Assembly: GCA_035084275.1 (NCBI GenBank)
Contig: CM068771.1
Coordinates: 744,001 to 808,000, forward strand
Source: Hydrolagus colliei
Taxonomy: Eukaryota
DNA length: 64,000 bases
Direction: 5' to 3'
Below, piece by piece: positions 63,139 through 64,000 of the stretch. Positions within the stretch are counted from its first letter, which is position 1. Every line of letters starts with the position of its first letter. The translations under genes were made by a program, and so were the position numbers. The notes under the pieces were generated by a model. It was not told the DNA's origin. It was given only the letters and a program-made list of their open reading frames with translations, and made no database searches.

Positions 63139-64000
63139 ATCACAGTCTGTCACTCTCACACAAACTCACCCACAACAACAGTCACTGCGCTTTACTGTGA
63201 GTCACACATGAAACATAGTCACTACACTTTAGAGTCTGTCTCACCCACAAAACACAGTCACTACACTGACCCCATCCCCCCTCTCGGTCACTCACTCACC
63301 TTTTCTGAATTCATTGGTCAAGTGTTGCTTTGCCAGCATGTGACCAGGGGGACAATAGCAGCACGTGACCTGGGGGGGACAATAGCAGCACGTGACCCGG
63401 GGGGGGGACAATAGTAGCACGTGACCAGCGGGGCGAAACAATAGCAGCACGTGACCAGGGGGGGACAATAGCAAGGGGAGGGCTGCTCTCGGATCTTTGT
63501 CAACCTCTGAGGTGCAGGACAAGGCCAGGGCACAATGCTCAGCTCACCTGGCAAACTACAGTTCTGTAGCTCCCTCTCTCTCTCCCTGGCTGCCTGCCTC
63601 TCTCCCTCCCTACCTGCCTGCCTCTCTCCCTCCCTCCCTACCTGCCTGCCCCTCTCTCTCTCCCGACCTACCTGTCTCTCCTGTCTCTCCTCCCTTCTGC
63701 CGGCAATATCATTGAAAATGCTTCCGTTTTTTTTTCACCAAGAAAAGTCCAAAATTGGGGGGTGTGCCTTATACGCGGAGATATACGGTAGATGAAATGG
63801 TGGTTAGAGGTGGCCTTGTCAACGATGGTGACATCCGAGACACTGAGGACCCGGGTGATGATAATAATAATAATATTCCTTGCATTTGATATAGAACTTT
63901 TCACATCTTATGAATGGCTCAAAGTGCTTCACAGAATATACTGTAAAGTGAATTGACTGTATATTTGTGGACAAAATCGGGTCAAGCGAGTGACCCAGAA

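Larger units (their letters stand above)
43280..64000. repeat. Tandem macrosatellite, at least 7 units, running off the window
   Basis: Marker aggactgtg at 46351, 47911, 49039, 52139, 56212, 60312 (periods 1560, 1128, 3100, 4073, 4100 bp), plus a diverged first unit from ~43280. Unit = CA-rich tract, E-box minisatellite, L2 piece, CT tract, Tc2 right end, L2/SINE pieces. Confidence 0.93.

Noticed and set aside
52139-64000. Units 4-6 as a pure assembly artefact
   Set aside because: Each has private indels (for example a ~15-bp deletion near 52615 and a 10-bp deletion near 56620) and differing minisatellite counts, which favours real copies. Long reads are still needed given the nearby gap.

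Overview
Repeat-rich vertebrate genomic DNA, most likely from a cartilaginous fish (inferred from a shark-type MHC class II alpha protein, Deu-domain SINEs and abundant CR1/L2 LINEs). The only host gene I can support is a four-coding-exon MHC class II alpha-chain gene on the minus strand (ATG 22917 to stop 220; 750 nt CDS, 249 aa, all junctions GT-AG and phase 1). Its alpha-1 domain looks non-classical: it has a Cys13/Cys66 pair, lacks the peptide-backbone Asn62 and Asn69, and carries a 2-aa insertion. Upstream is a canonical X-Y promoter, followed by three copies of a ~300-bp distal module with NF-kB and ETS motifs, two of which contain a complete second X-Y box at canonical spacing. Further out are a 4.5-kb internally deleted epsilon/gamma-like endogenous retrovirus (LTRs, TSD, PBS, PPT), a solo LTR, a 156-N gap, and a tandem macrosatellite (43.3 kb to window end). 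The three rightmost macrosatellite units carry a 2.7-kb TIR transposon with a 5-bp TSD and an extra internal TIR. No class II beta exons were found. Family assignments and residue numbering are by eye and from recalled reference sequences; no searches were run.
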